DNA of 64,000 bases from Lepidodermella squamata (taxonomy: Eukaryota; Animalia; Gastrotricha): NCBI GenBank assembly GCA_047495785.1, contig JBLDXI010000038.1, positions 248,001-312,000 of the forward strand, given 5' to 3'. A model generated the notes under the pieces. It saw nothing but the letters and a program-made list of their open reading frames with translations. It made no database searches and was not told the DNA's origin. The number at the start of each line of letters is the position of its first letter. Positions within the stretch are counted from its first letter, which is position 1. Below are positions 21,912-34,434 of this stretch, piece after piece. A program made the position numbers and the translations under genes.

Positions 21912-23501
21912 ATGGATGCTGTGGATACCGATGTCAAGCTTGTTATTTACGACGTTAGTTACCAAGTACATCCTTGCTGTTCCACTATTTTTTATTTGTT
22001 TGCAGATTCTTCGGCAACTAGACCCAGATGCGTTATATCTGGAATACCGCGGCCAAATCAACCAGATGTATGGCATGGATACGAGTGATTCAGATGACTC
22101 GGATGATACTGATGATATGCTGAGCGTATCGCCTAAAGAGGAAAGTAATGCTGTGATCGACTTGTCTCATGCAGAAAGCGATTTGGATGAGATCGACAGC
22201 GGCGAAAAGGAAGACTCAGACCCAGAGGAAGATGTTGATATGCTAGCGGATGGAGACTCCGTAGTGTTGCCAAAAACAAAAGGAGAGCTCACCATTGAAG
22301 TAATTGATAGTTTCATCATAAGTACACAATATTAACGATGTTTTTAGGATTTGCCTCCAATTGAAAACCTGTCTATTACCCCAGATGGCGCACTTGAGCA
22401 AATCGGGGAAATAAGTTCATTTATGAACAAAGTCGGTAAGAAAATGCACTTTGGTTAATCCTCATCCTCGCGTATTACTTTATGGATTTTTTCAGTTGTG
22501 ATACGATCGTATCGGTACACTCCGGCGTTGGACATGGAGACTTATCTGTTCTTAGCAAACGGCCAGTGTCTTGGTCCGGTAATTATGCCCCAATTTTGAA
22601 GGGTAAATCTTTTTCATGTTATTCCTTTTAGATTTTCGAAACCTTTGGTCCAGTCGTTGAACCTTTTTACCTCATCCGATTCAACAACTATGATGAGATT
22701 AAAGGATTAAGTCTCACGCAAGGCACACCGGTTTTTTACTCACCTCAAAGCAATAAGCATACGAAGTACGTTTTCGTCGATCATCTTCGTAAAGTAAAAG
22801 GATCTGACGCCAGTTGGGAAGATAACAACGAACCCCCAACAGAGTGCCTTGACTATTCAGACGACGAAGAAGAGCGTCAAGCTAAATTGGTTCTTGAAAT
22901 GAAAAAGCGACGCAATCAATATGCTCACTTTTTGCCAGCCGAAAGGCGACAGAATCAACATTCTTCCGCTGACATTTCAACCTCAAATCTACCTCCTAGT
23001 GTGAACTGTGATATCAGCATGTTCTCGAAGAAAGAAAGTGATCGGAAAGTCAACGTTAAAAATAAACTTGTTGGTGCTGCTCTGGCTCGTGCAAGGCGAA
23101 AAACCGCAAGAACAAACTTATCTGAGCTGAATACGGCCGCAAAGACCGACCAAGTGTCTAGTTCTGCTTCCGCCAATGGCAATAACCCAACCAACGTACT
23201 GTCCCTCGTTGAAGAGGCCGTGAAATCGAATCCATCCTTGCTGTCTTCCATTATTACAAGTGCTTTAAGTGCCGCAAGCAGTCAGCAACCTGGCGGCGGC
23301 CAAATGCCTATGGCGCTGCCTGTAATGTTACCTCCTAGCGCAAATGCACCATCGCAGCCGCGATTTGTATCAACAATACCGACTGCCTTGCCAGCGAATC
23401 TTCAGAATCTTGCTCAGAGTGTTGTTGTGACTCCAGCTGTTAATGCTGAACCACAAAAGCGTCGCCTTATGGATCCACGTTTTGTGAAAAAGCAGAGCTG
23501 A
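21912..23501 (+). CDS. NAF1: H/ACA RNP assembly factor NAF1. Exons approx. 21912-21953, 22006-22299, 22348-22435, 22496-22578, 22632-23501
   Basis: The spliced product contains KTKGELTIE|DLPPIE, IFETFGPVVEPFYLIRF and KGSDASWEDNNEPPTECLDYSDDEEE (Gar1/Naf1 domain). Confidence 0.93.
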
Positions 23502-23604
23502 ATTTTTTATTTACGTGTAAAACTCATCTATGTTGATCAAATAACTACATAGTTTAATGGACTTGGTTTTTATTCATGTTTTCATTCAATTTTAGAATTT
23601 TAAT

Positions 23605-25526
23605 ATGTTCTCAGACTCGCAGTTGTTATATGCTGAGTTTACTTCTGGCCGTGCAGATGGCGGGCGAAAAGATCGTTCGTCAAAATCGGCTCAGATCCAA
23701 ACGGACCCTTTTTTAGTGCGAGAAGGAGGAATTCAAACTGTTAGACGCAAAACAATCGAAGTCCAGACTGAAATATCGGCTTCTGTAAATGAGGAAGGTG
23801 GGGAGATGCAATACTACGATGGAGCGATAGATATGCCAAATGATGACCCAGCTTCAATAGCTGCATGTGTTCGAAGACTGGGACCTATAATGTTGGCCGA
23901 ATTGGAGGCAAACGCTAATTCTCCAGCGTTGAACTTGTTGTTGGGTAGCTGGGCAACTGCTCGAACTAGTCGCTCACATCGTCAAATCGAGTAAGCTTCC
24001 TGATTGAAGTCAACCCTATTTCTAACTTGGAATTAATTTCATGTTTTAGAGTTGACGCTTTCGGCTTTGCGATAGTCGAAGACAGTCAGAATCCTCAGCA
24101 GCAACAGCAGATCGTGCAACAGACCGAAGAAGGTTGTACATTACTGAGACGTGTTTTCGGGCCGGCAGATGGTGGCTCGTCGAGCGAATCAGGCTACCTA
24201 CCAGCCAGCTGCTTGACCTGGAGCCCGTCCGGCGCCACGCTCGCAGTCGGCTTCGGTCACATTCAACACGAATCGTGGTGTTCGCACGGCGCGGCTTCCG
24301 CTGTTTACATCTGGTCGCTCGAGTCATTCCGATCGAGCACAGCTAATTCTAACCAGTTGCTTCTCGGATCGAATGATAAACAGGGCATAAACTACCCGCC
24401 TATTCGAACGCTGAACCATTCTGCATGTGTGACTTCGCTGATGTTCCACCCCACCCAGGCTGGTTTGTTAGCTTCAGGCACTTTCACGGGGGACGTTGTT
24501 TGTTGGGACATCGCGCGGGATGAAGCTGCTGACCCAATGCTCGCTAGTACTTCGGGAACCTCTCTAGCTCAACCTGGATTGAATGTGCCGCATGCTGACT
24601 ACATTAGCGCACTTTCTTGGCTGCCGCTAAAAGCGCCCTCGTCCACCGTAAAATTTCTGGCCAGCGCTTGCGGGGATGGGTTAATTTGCACCTGGGCAGT
24701 CGATACCATTCGTCGTAATATCGCTCAATTGGCTGGTTACAAATTCCCAGCCGGTGTGTGTTGTCTGTCATTGAATCCGCATGACTCGACAGTTTTAGCT
24801 GCCGGACTCGCGAACGGTATCCTAGTGCTGTGGTCCGTCGTTTCATCGGCCTCTCAATCGCTTTACGCACTTGATTCAAGCCTCAGCACACCGTCCACTC
24901 CGGTCTACGCTGTCAGCGGTTCGAGGATATCGGCATCTTCCGGCCCAGTTTACAGTTGCGAGTGGTCTCCTGCCTGTCCTGGATTGCTGGCATGTGCTAC
25001 GTCTGATGGCACTGTTCTGCTGTACAGCCAGCGAGACCCGACTATGCCATGTCTGCGGTTGGAATCGTCGAACAGCGGGTCGTTGTTTTCGATTTGCTTC
25101 AGTCGCAATAGGCCACTGCTGATTTTAGCCGCTAGCCAATACGAAGGAGCAATAGCGTTCGACCTCGCTAGTAGTCGAGCCTCGTCGTCTCTCTTCCGCC
25201 TTCAATCCGGCGCGAATAGCCCTCCGTTGACGACTCTGTGCGCTGCCTTCAACCCAGGCGGTCGAACGTCAGCCCACTCGCTTATTGCTGTTGGCCGCGA
25301 GTCGGGTGCCGTCGAGCTATGGCGAGTTTCGATGAGCGACGAATTCGGTGAGGCAGACTCGGCCGCGGCTCTTCAAGCTCTAAGAGCGTTGGTCGCGGAA
25401 TCGCCGAATCAAAACGAGCAACATAAAAGTGGGAAGAAGAAGGATAAGCCGACCACCACGCTGGCCTCCTCAAACCAGGAGGCAGCTAAGAAAAAGAAGA
25501 AAAAGAAGGTGGAGCCAACTGAGTGA
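23605..25526 (+). CDS. WDR34: Dynein-2 intermediate chain WDR34. Exons 23605-23990, 24050-25526
   Basis: N-terminal QT (LC8-binding-like) motifs IQTD, IQTV and VQTE, followed by WD40 repeats with GFGHIQHESW and LASGTFTGDVVCWD. Confidence 0.8.
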
Positions 25527-25667
25527 ATCTATTATACATTCTCATGCAACACTGTGTTAACCATTGTTAGTCTATTGATCTCAGTCACATCACGATCTCA
25601 TTGTGATAAATTCAAAATGTTGTATTGATCTATGTTTTTTTATTAGAAGATTTATATTTCTATTTAA

Positions 25668-28293
25668 ATGCCGGCGAGTCGTTCGGTGTACCGAACGCCT
25701 AACACGGAATCGGCCACCGACCCCCAGCTGACGCTCGAATGGACGGATAACAGCGGGTTGGCGATAGGAAATCACGACATGGGCATGTTCGATGCTCAAT
25801 CAGAAGTCGGCCTCATCTCACCGAAATCGCGAACAATTTTCAGCGGCTGCTGCAACTCACTCAGCCGTCTCAATTCCAACTGGCGAGTTTTCGCCCTCGT
25901 CTTAGTTGTCGTCGCTCTTTTCTTTTTCGGTTTCATTAGTGGCTACATGGCCCAAAGCTATGTTCACAGTCAATCTCGGCGCGACAGGTCGTTAATACCA
26001 GTCGGCGGTAGTGATATCGAAGGCTACGACGAACAGCCGAACGAACATTATTATTACAATTACACCTCCGAGATCAGGAAAGGCCTGTTCGATGCGATTG
26101 ATGTCAAGAAAATGGCGGCTGATCTAGAAAAACTGACTAGTTTCGGCCCACACCCATCTGGGTCGGAGAATATTGGAAAAGTGCGCAAGTACATTTTCGA
26201 TGAGTTGAACAAAGCTGACCCAAGTCAACGGATGAAAGCCCGGAAACACGATTCTAAGGTGTTGATGTCGTTTCCACAGTGCGGTAACGGGCAATCGACC
26301 ACGTTATACGAGTCGGGCAAGCCAGAACCGATTTGGTCGAGCAAGGATCATGAAAACGTGTACCTGGCCTATGCGCCTAATAAAACCGCTGAGGGACCAA
26401 TTGTGTACGCGAATTACGGTCGTGGGAAAGACTTTGAAGGCCTGAAACAAGCGAATGTCAGCCTGGCCGGGTCAATAGCTCTAATTCGCTATGGCCGCAT
26501 TCCAATCCACTCTAAAGTTCGCCACTCTATCGAGGCAGGCTGCATCGGTGTAATATTATACTCGGAATCACCGAAAGACAAGCAGAGTGACCCTTGGTAT
26601 GGCAAGGCGAGTGAAAAAGCGAAATTCGGCACTGTTCTATCGCCGGACGCCCTGCCATACGCTACAGCCTCGATTTTCCCATCAGAAGCGCAGAATTACA
26701 CTGAGGCCCTTCAGAAGAAAAATATTTTGCCCAATATTCCAGTTTTGACAATCAGTGAAGTTAAAGCAGCTGAATTGATCGCATCGCTGAATAATGAGAC
26801 TAAAAGCCCGGACTTTAAACCCGACCGAGCCTACGCGTTCGAGCCAGTTGCTGGTAAGGTGAAGTATGTCGGCCCAACTTCCAAGAAGTACAAAGTCGAA
26901 TCGTGTTCTACGGTGAAGTATGAAGAAATCAGCAACATTGTTGCGATCTTGCCTGGCTTCATCGAAACTGATCGCTTCGTTATTGTCGCGTCCCACCACG
27001 ACTCATGGGGACCGGGCGGCGTTGACCCCCATTCGGGCACTGCGCTAATGTTGGGTCTCGCTAGAGCAGCGGCGGCCAATCCGAAAATGCGACCCCGGCG
27101 GTCTATCATGTTTGTCAGTTTCGATGGCGAGCAAATGGGCCTTCTGGGATCGAGTGAATTCGTTAAACGCCTTGAAACACAGTTCGGCGCAGGAACAGCT
27201 GTCGGTGCTATCTGCCTTAACGGTGTTTTACGTGGTCAGTACATACCTTACGTCCGATCTGATCCGATGATGCGTGACTTGTTCCTGGATTCGGCCGAGC
27301 CTGTGTCCACCGGAGACGAATCGTTGTATGACCTGTGGCTGAAGCGCTCTGACAAACAGGTTGACGGCCGGCCTCATGTCGGGCAGCTTGATGCCTCATC
27401 CGACCACGCCATGTTGTCGTTTTTCGGCGGAATACCCACTGCGGCCGTTCAGTTTTACTACGACTTCGCTGGTCGTTACAACATAACGGCATACCCTGCC
27501 TACCACACATCAATCGACGATTTCAACTACGTGAAAACGGCAGTCGACCCTGGGTGGAAGGCTTTGACGATGGTTGCCCAGATGACTGGAGACGCCATGA
27601 TGCGTCTGGCCGATTCGGTTATGCTTCCCTTGAACTGCAAACCAGTAATCGAATACATCGAATCTTCGATGCAGGATTTGACGAAGAAGCTCGACGGCAA
27701 AACTTGGGTTAACTCTGGCCTTGTCGATCTCAACAAATTGAAGAAACGGCAATCTGACTTCCAAGGCGCCTGCCAAAAGCTGCTCGATAAAGACTCGCAG
27801 CTGATACGCATAAATGATTCTCTTGTATCGAAATTACGCAATAGATCGTGGCACTACGCTGATGTCCGAGAACGCAACGATGCGCTGGTTGTTTTGCTTC
27901 AAGCATTCGTTCAACAGCCGATTTCGTACGCCTCCCAGATTCTTGATGGTGAAATGTTGGAACCAGTGTAAGTAGATATTTCTGGATAACTTACTGTTAT
28001 TTTGTATGATCTCTCGATTTTATAGGCAAAGAAAAGGCTCGCACTCGTCGCCTTATTTCCGCCACGTTCTCTTTCCGCCATCAATGAGCCTCGACCCGTA
28101 CAGACCCGCGTCGTTTTTCGCGCTTTCTCCGGCTGTTGAAGCTCTTGGTAAAACGAAGTCGGCTACAAAGATTCAGGCGGCGAGCGAGGCGCTGGTTGCT
28201 CAAGAATTCCAGCGTCTTGTCGACGGTGTGCAGCATGCGACTGACATTTTGATGCGTTCTGTTGAACTGCGCCAGACCAAACAAGACCTTTGA
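25668..28293 (+). CDS. Type II membrane M28B protein (glutamate carboxypeptidase II/NAALADase/transferrin-receptor-like). Exons 25668-27967, 28026-28293
   Basis: TM segment, PA domain (VYANYGRGKDF, IALIRYG), SHHDSWGPGGVDPHSGTA, YPAYHT and the dimer-domain motif PYFRHVLF. Confidence 0.9.
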
Positions 28294-31200
28294 ACAATCC
28301 CATCCGTTGCTAACAATTCAATTCTTGGAAACGTGGAACTAAGCGATATAGTTTTATATTAATCTTACTCTCAGTCAGCACAGCTGTGCGTGTTCTCTTC
28401 CTCGAGATCTTTCACTCGTAAAAAAATTGCGTCTTATTAATGAGGAAGGTTGCTTGAATTTGTGTCTGTTGTTGCCGTTTTCTTTTGCCGTTGTGATTTA
28501 TACGCCTGTGGATTACGGTTCGATTCGCGTTGTGGTGTGCCAACAAGCTTGGCCTAAATCAATCAAACAAGAGACTACTAACTCCCGTGTGACTCCTCAA
28601 TGGCTGCTAAGCACTTCTAGTTTTCCAGTCTCACCTGATTGTCCCGGTCTATTCAACTTCTGAGGCACAATTAACTGTAACCCTTTCAATCGCTGAAGTT
28701 TTCGTAAAATGCGTCCTAATCTCACGTGTTTTCATTGATCAATTTCACCTATATGGAATCTGGAGTGTATCAAAACGTGTATTTTCCTGGATCTGAATTA
28801 ATCCCATCAAATATTATAGTCGATATTTTGTATTCTTTAACGCATTGTTGCGTGTGGCTACATTCCTAGCCCTTGGCGTTGGCTGAAAAATATAACTAAT
28901 ATTAAAAAATGATGGATATAATTAATATGTTTATGTTTAATTTTGGTTTCATGTTGACAAAACAGTTTGGGGAAAGTTGAAGCAATAAAATCTCTTTTTA
29001 CTGAAGATATTCGTGTTTTAAAAATGATTGTCTGGTGTTTTTCGTCACAATTCTTGCATGGTGAAGTCAAGAAAATCAGGTTGCGCACCTTACGACCATG
29101 AGCCGGTTAAAACCTGAAAGCCTCTTCGTTTTGCCCCAGAGGATGGAGTGGTCAAATTTATCACTTGCGAGAGACATTATCATCCCTTCAAACCATGGCC
29201 AGGACAGATTAATCAGGTCACCTCAGATGGGATGTTCGGCTGAACGAAGCTTAGTAAGGCACAGAAAACGATAAAGCGAATTGCCCATGCGAGTGGCGAG
29301 AATGGGCCCAGAAATTTGCTTCTCGTTCCAGGCTCTTTTCGTTAGTAATTTGCGTACTTCGTGCGAGCAATGGCTTGATATTCTAGTGCGGTCGCGCTGA
29401 CCGATGGCGACGATGATGCGATCAATCAGTGGCCGGCGCGCGGCGAGTGTGTTTTTATTTTTCAACGGCGCGGATGAGCTCGCACGCGCGACGCAAACAA
29501 CAAAAAAGACGCAAGTGGAGTCTTTTTGTTTTTATTACATTTTCACGCAATATGTTATTGCATTTTTATATTAATAATAAGACACACCCGAAGCGGACAA
29601 CGCCGAAAGCACGGCGCTTTGTACCATCGGATAAGAAGGCCGTGTTTTTGAATTAAATGTACTCTCGGCCTCGCGGGTAATCGGCACGCCTCGTGACGCC
29701 TGATTCGGCGTATTTTTTGCTCCTCGCCAGGCGCCAACACCGTTATTACAGCTCTTCACGAACCATTACAGTCGATGATGATGATAAATAATAAATAAAA
29801 CACGGCGGCAATGACTGCGCGCCTGGCGCCTCGCGACTCGTGACACGAGAATTGAGCTAATAAAAATAAGCGCAGTAATGACGACTCACAGTGCGACGTG
29901 GCATCAGAGCGAATGGCGAAAAAGTTTTTGCGCTGCCGTCTTAAATACGTCACTTGAATCATTGTCGTGGCTGACGGGCGCGTCGCTCGAGACACGCGTT
30001 TTTGAAACACGCCTTTTCGCGGTGTATAATGATGCTGATACTCCTTTATGATTATTTTCATTACTACTTATTTGTCAATGTTCAGCCAAGTGCGCATTAC
30101 TTAATTAAAACCCGTTTCTTTCTCCAGGTGTCGAGCTTTGATGCTCAGCGATTGTGATAGCCACCTTAATAAATCTGCCCGCAGGTAAAAAAGCACTGTT
30201 CGCGAAACACAAAGCGCATCCGATGCGCTTACTTTTCCATCATCGACCCATGGTCACTACGTGTCACTGCGGTGAGCCAACAATATATGTACTCCTATTT
30301 CATCTCTGCGCGATGAAGTGCGAAAAAATATGCGCGCACGCGCGGTGATAATATTTTTGTGTAATATTATTTTAAAGATTATATCGTTTAAGCTGGCCAT
30401 TTAAATAATAATAATAATAGTAATAGTAATATTCACGCGCGCCACAGATATTACATCGATATGGCGAATGAAATACGAGATTAGAGTGCCAATTTTGCAC
30501 ATTTTCGCCGTCTGTCGCACGGGTGCGCCACGGGCCCCTTTTTTGCCGTCGACTTCAGTCACGCACGCGGTCAATTTCACGCGCAGCAATTTACAGGCCG
30601 TCGCCTTTCGATCACATCTCCCTGAGCGCATCATCATCATATCGCCGACCACAATTTCGCGCACATTGTGATCATCTGCTTTCACAACATGGCTATAGCA
30701 GAAAAGTCGCAGATGTTTTTGTTGTCTTTTACAGCTTTCACGCGCAAAATTATTGTTATTATCTGTAGCTATTAGATTTACATCTCGGCGCGTGTTTGTG
30801 TTTATCTGACGTGTTTTTCCTGTCGATGATTGATTTTGTTTGCCGATTATCGCACCAGTGCGTACGGTTTTGTCTCTTCAAGTCACACGCGCATCGCTGT
30901 CTTTTTTTCATCCCTTACTTCATCCTGCGCTTTTATTAGCCAATGATATCGGCTCAGCATTGCTACTTAAAAACAAAATATCGTTTTGACCACATAATTT
31001 AATAATATCGTTAAATTAGCGCGGGGCAAGATTTACATTCGAGGCGCCGCGCAAAATTGTTATCCCGTTAAAATAAGAGGTAAATAATATAGACTTCAAA
31101 AACATCATATTCAGTACATCGTGCTGGCGATTTTTGCAATTTTTCACGCCATGTAGGTCATACTAAAAATCGGAAATTTGAGTTGATTGCCTTTTTTCAT

Positions 31201-33249
31201 ACGACTCACCGGAAGTTTTACTTGGCGCACGAGAGCCAACTTTACATACCTCGTTGCTGATGCGATATTGATATGCATCGCCAACAAAAATTACAAGTAC
31301 CTAGCTCGATCTAGATATTATGCGTCGTGGAGCTATATTATAAGCATCATACAAGGTTTCCAATTGCTCTTATAACATCGATAATAGCGCGAGAGGAAGC
31401 TGCGTCGATGAACACAAACAACGGGTTTTTTTACCCGTATGAGCAAGTAATTGAGACGTTGCATATGCTATGGTTATTTTGCGCGATACGTTCTAGGTGC
31501 TCCACTTCGTGATCGCGAGTTCATTTCCAATCGCAGTATGGAAATTCACGGCATTTTTAATACACTACTTATACAAGACAACGCAAGTATCGAAAATTGG
31601 CTGCGAATACCTGCTGCGCGCCAGTATACCCGTATTTTAGCTCGGATCGAGCGCGATCTATTTTCTCGCCCGTGTTGTGTACCAACAAAAACATGCGCGC
31701 TATATGAAAGAAAGGCGATAACAGTAATAATATTTTGATATCTAAGTGATTTTTGCTTATTTGCATCGATAAACACGATCGAGCGCAGCAAGATGAGCAG
31801 CAAATGTGTCGTAAATAACAACACGATATCTGTATCGCGAAATTAAGGTAGTAGACAACAAGCGCGAATCGATGCGGCTAAGAGGCTAACATGCCGGGGT
31901 TCGAATGGCAGCCGAACATCCGGCGTTAAAACATATTTTTATGTTGTACAACCGGTGCGCGAAATAGCGAAAGTAAGCGCACTTATTAGCCGATCGCCAG
32001 CGATCAAATAATGTGTTTTGACGATTTTTATGATTATTGTTGCCGTATTGTTTTATGCTTGCGCGTCTGCGATCAGCGCTCATTGTATCATCATCATCAT
32101 CGCCGTCATTAAATATTATCGTTTTTGCATCGTGCCAACGCTCCTCGATCAAGCGTCGATGGGCATGTTAACAAGAGCGCCAAAATAGTATATGCCGGTA
32201 ATGAAATCAACACGTTGAGAAGTAGCCTAACTGCTATTCAACGCGAGTTAAGGCAGCTGATTGTAAATTTCCTTTCTTTAGTTGCCAATATTATTATTGT
32301 ACGCTATTAAAATAGCCATAAATTTTCTGCAGAAATCTCCTTTACGACATGCTGGCAATCAATTACGTGCATTAGGACTGACCGTTGAAATAATCATAGT
32401 TTATTTGCTCTCTGGTCCTATTTATTGTTGGCCGAAGACTGAAGACTCCCCCACTTCCCAGTTTAATTTCATGCTCATTTTTGCCTCAACTTCAGTTACA
32501 GCCGATGACTCATTAGCAATGCAATTATAGCCAATATGCGCCGTTTACCTATGGCTTGCTTTTCAATAGCTCATCTGATGTTTACTTATCCTCGAAAAAA
32601 ACGACTGGGCTGGTTTTAAAAATGTAGCGCTCTTATCATATATACATACCCATCTATAGCCTGCACTATTCACGTTCGAATTCTTCCATGCTCCTCCCCA
32701 ATATCGATTTCTTTATTCTCAACGGTTCCAAGCTAAAAGTTAGATTCCAGCGCCATAAAAGTTACTAAATAGGTATGCCTATGAGTCCTCTTATAGGCAA
32801 GGCAGAAAAGATCTTTAGCTCGTTTTTTTCCGGAAATGTAAATGTTTCGTGTGCATTTTTTCAGCGCTAATTGGCGAACTCGTTAATCCATGCACTGGCG
32901 AAGTCTAGCCAGATTTTTCAATGCTGATAATAGTGTTGACTAAAAGCGTTCCTAAGCGAACGCCTGTCCACATCAATTCGTGTAAATCTGCGCACATAGC
33001 CTTAAACATTCAGTCGCGTAGTAATCCGGATGTCATCATTTTGCTGAGCCAACTCTACGAATAATACTAAATAATAATAATATAAGCAGCAGCATAGCAA
33101 TGTCCGCATCTTATATCGAGGTAGCCTGAGACGATGAACAGCGGCTAAATCAGCGGCTACAACTGAGCGCCGAGATGGCCATAATTTGCGCGCATTGTGC
33201 ACGTCAAAATCCGCACGACGCCATGCTTCGACATTGATTATTGCCATCA

Positions 33250-33277
33250 TTACTTCTTACTTACTTACTTACTTACT
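33250..33277. repeat. (TTAC)n microsatellite
   Basis: ttacttcttacttacttacttacttact. Confidence 0.8.
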
Positions 33278-34434
33278 TTTATTAGGCAGGGCCTGTGAAG
33301 GCAGCGCAGAGGCTCGGGGGCCTCGCGTGCGATTGCTAGAAGCAGGTGTCGCTGCGGATCGCGTTTTCTCCCGCATCCCGAGCGCGCATTCGATTCGATT
33401 AGCGTCCCGAAAATTGGCTTCTCGCCGGCGAGAACAAGTGGCCAGTGGCGATTCTGAGCCGGGCCGGCAACCGACGGTGCAATGTCATGGCTCATTATTA
33501 TTTATTTTACACTTCGTTATTGCTCCACGGGGCATTGTGTGAAAATATGGCTCATATCATTATAATATTACTTGTGTATTTTTCTATTTTTCAATTTCAC
33601 CATAATTATCTCCTTATTCTTTTCCATCGGTGTCATCCCAGTTTCCTCGGCGAACTATTTCATTGTCTCGCCGCAAAAATGATGGGGCAATGTTGATGCA
33701 ATAGTGCGCGCGAGACGGCGGCAACAAAAACATATCATAGCAAAAATGATAATAACACAAATTGAGCTCTAAAAGTAGTCGTAATGAGGCGAGCGTGCGC
33801 GCAACTCCCTTGATTCGGGTGCGCCAATCGATATCGATGCGTAAAACATGGCGCTGGAGTGTCACTTGGGCGCGTGACACGGCGCGGTAGGCGCGAAAAC
33901 GGCGCAAACGGCTCTAACATTTTATGGGTAGGCACGGTCGGGCCAAATTTCATTAGTTCGATCGAGAGGCGCATGCGCGCTTGTTTAGACGCCGCGCCGC
34001 CGTTCGATTATTGTCTCACCCACTACTCTACTTTTCTGTACGCGTCGGCGCGTAATGCCGCCGCAGCTCCTCCACTTTGCCACTTTATTATCAGTTTTGT
34101 TGACCGATGCCAGGCGCGTCTTTTATCGGCGCAACGGCTCGGAAATCACAACAAGTGGCATTGTTTACCGCCAACTCAACTTTTTCTCTCAATTCTCACT
34201 GTTATTTATAGAAGCCGAAATATTTATTACTTTATCGATAATCGTCTCAATCATCGGCCACCTTCAAGCGCCGCCGCCGTCATGAAAAGTGGTGGCACTT
34301 TTCGCCTGAGTGGCTAGCTGTGCCGGAAATTAGAAAAACCACGTTACAACCGTGCCTAATTACTTCTGTCGGCCGTTGTAAACGTGGACGCTAAGGTCTG
34401 GTTCGAAGTACCTCATCATTTTAACAGAAAAAAC

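Noticed and set aside
29089-29245. CTTACGACCAT resembling the 5S rRNA 5' end
   Set aside because: The remainder lacks 5S box A/C and the expected secondary structure.
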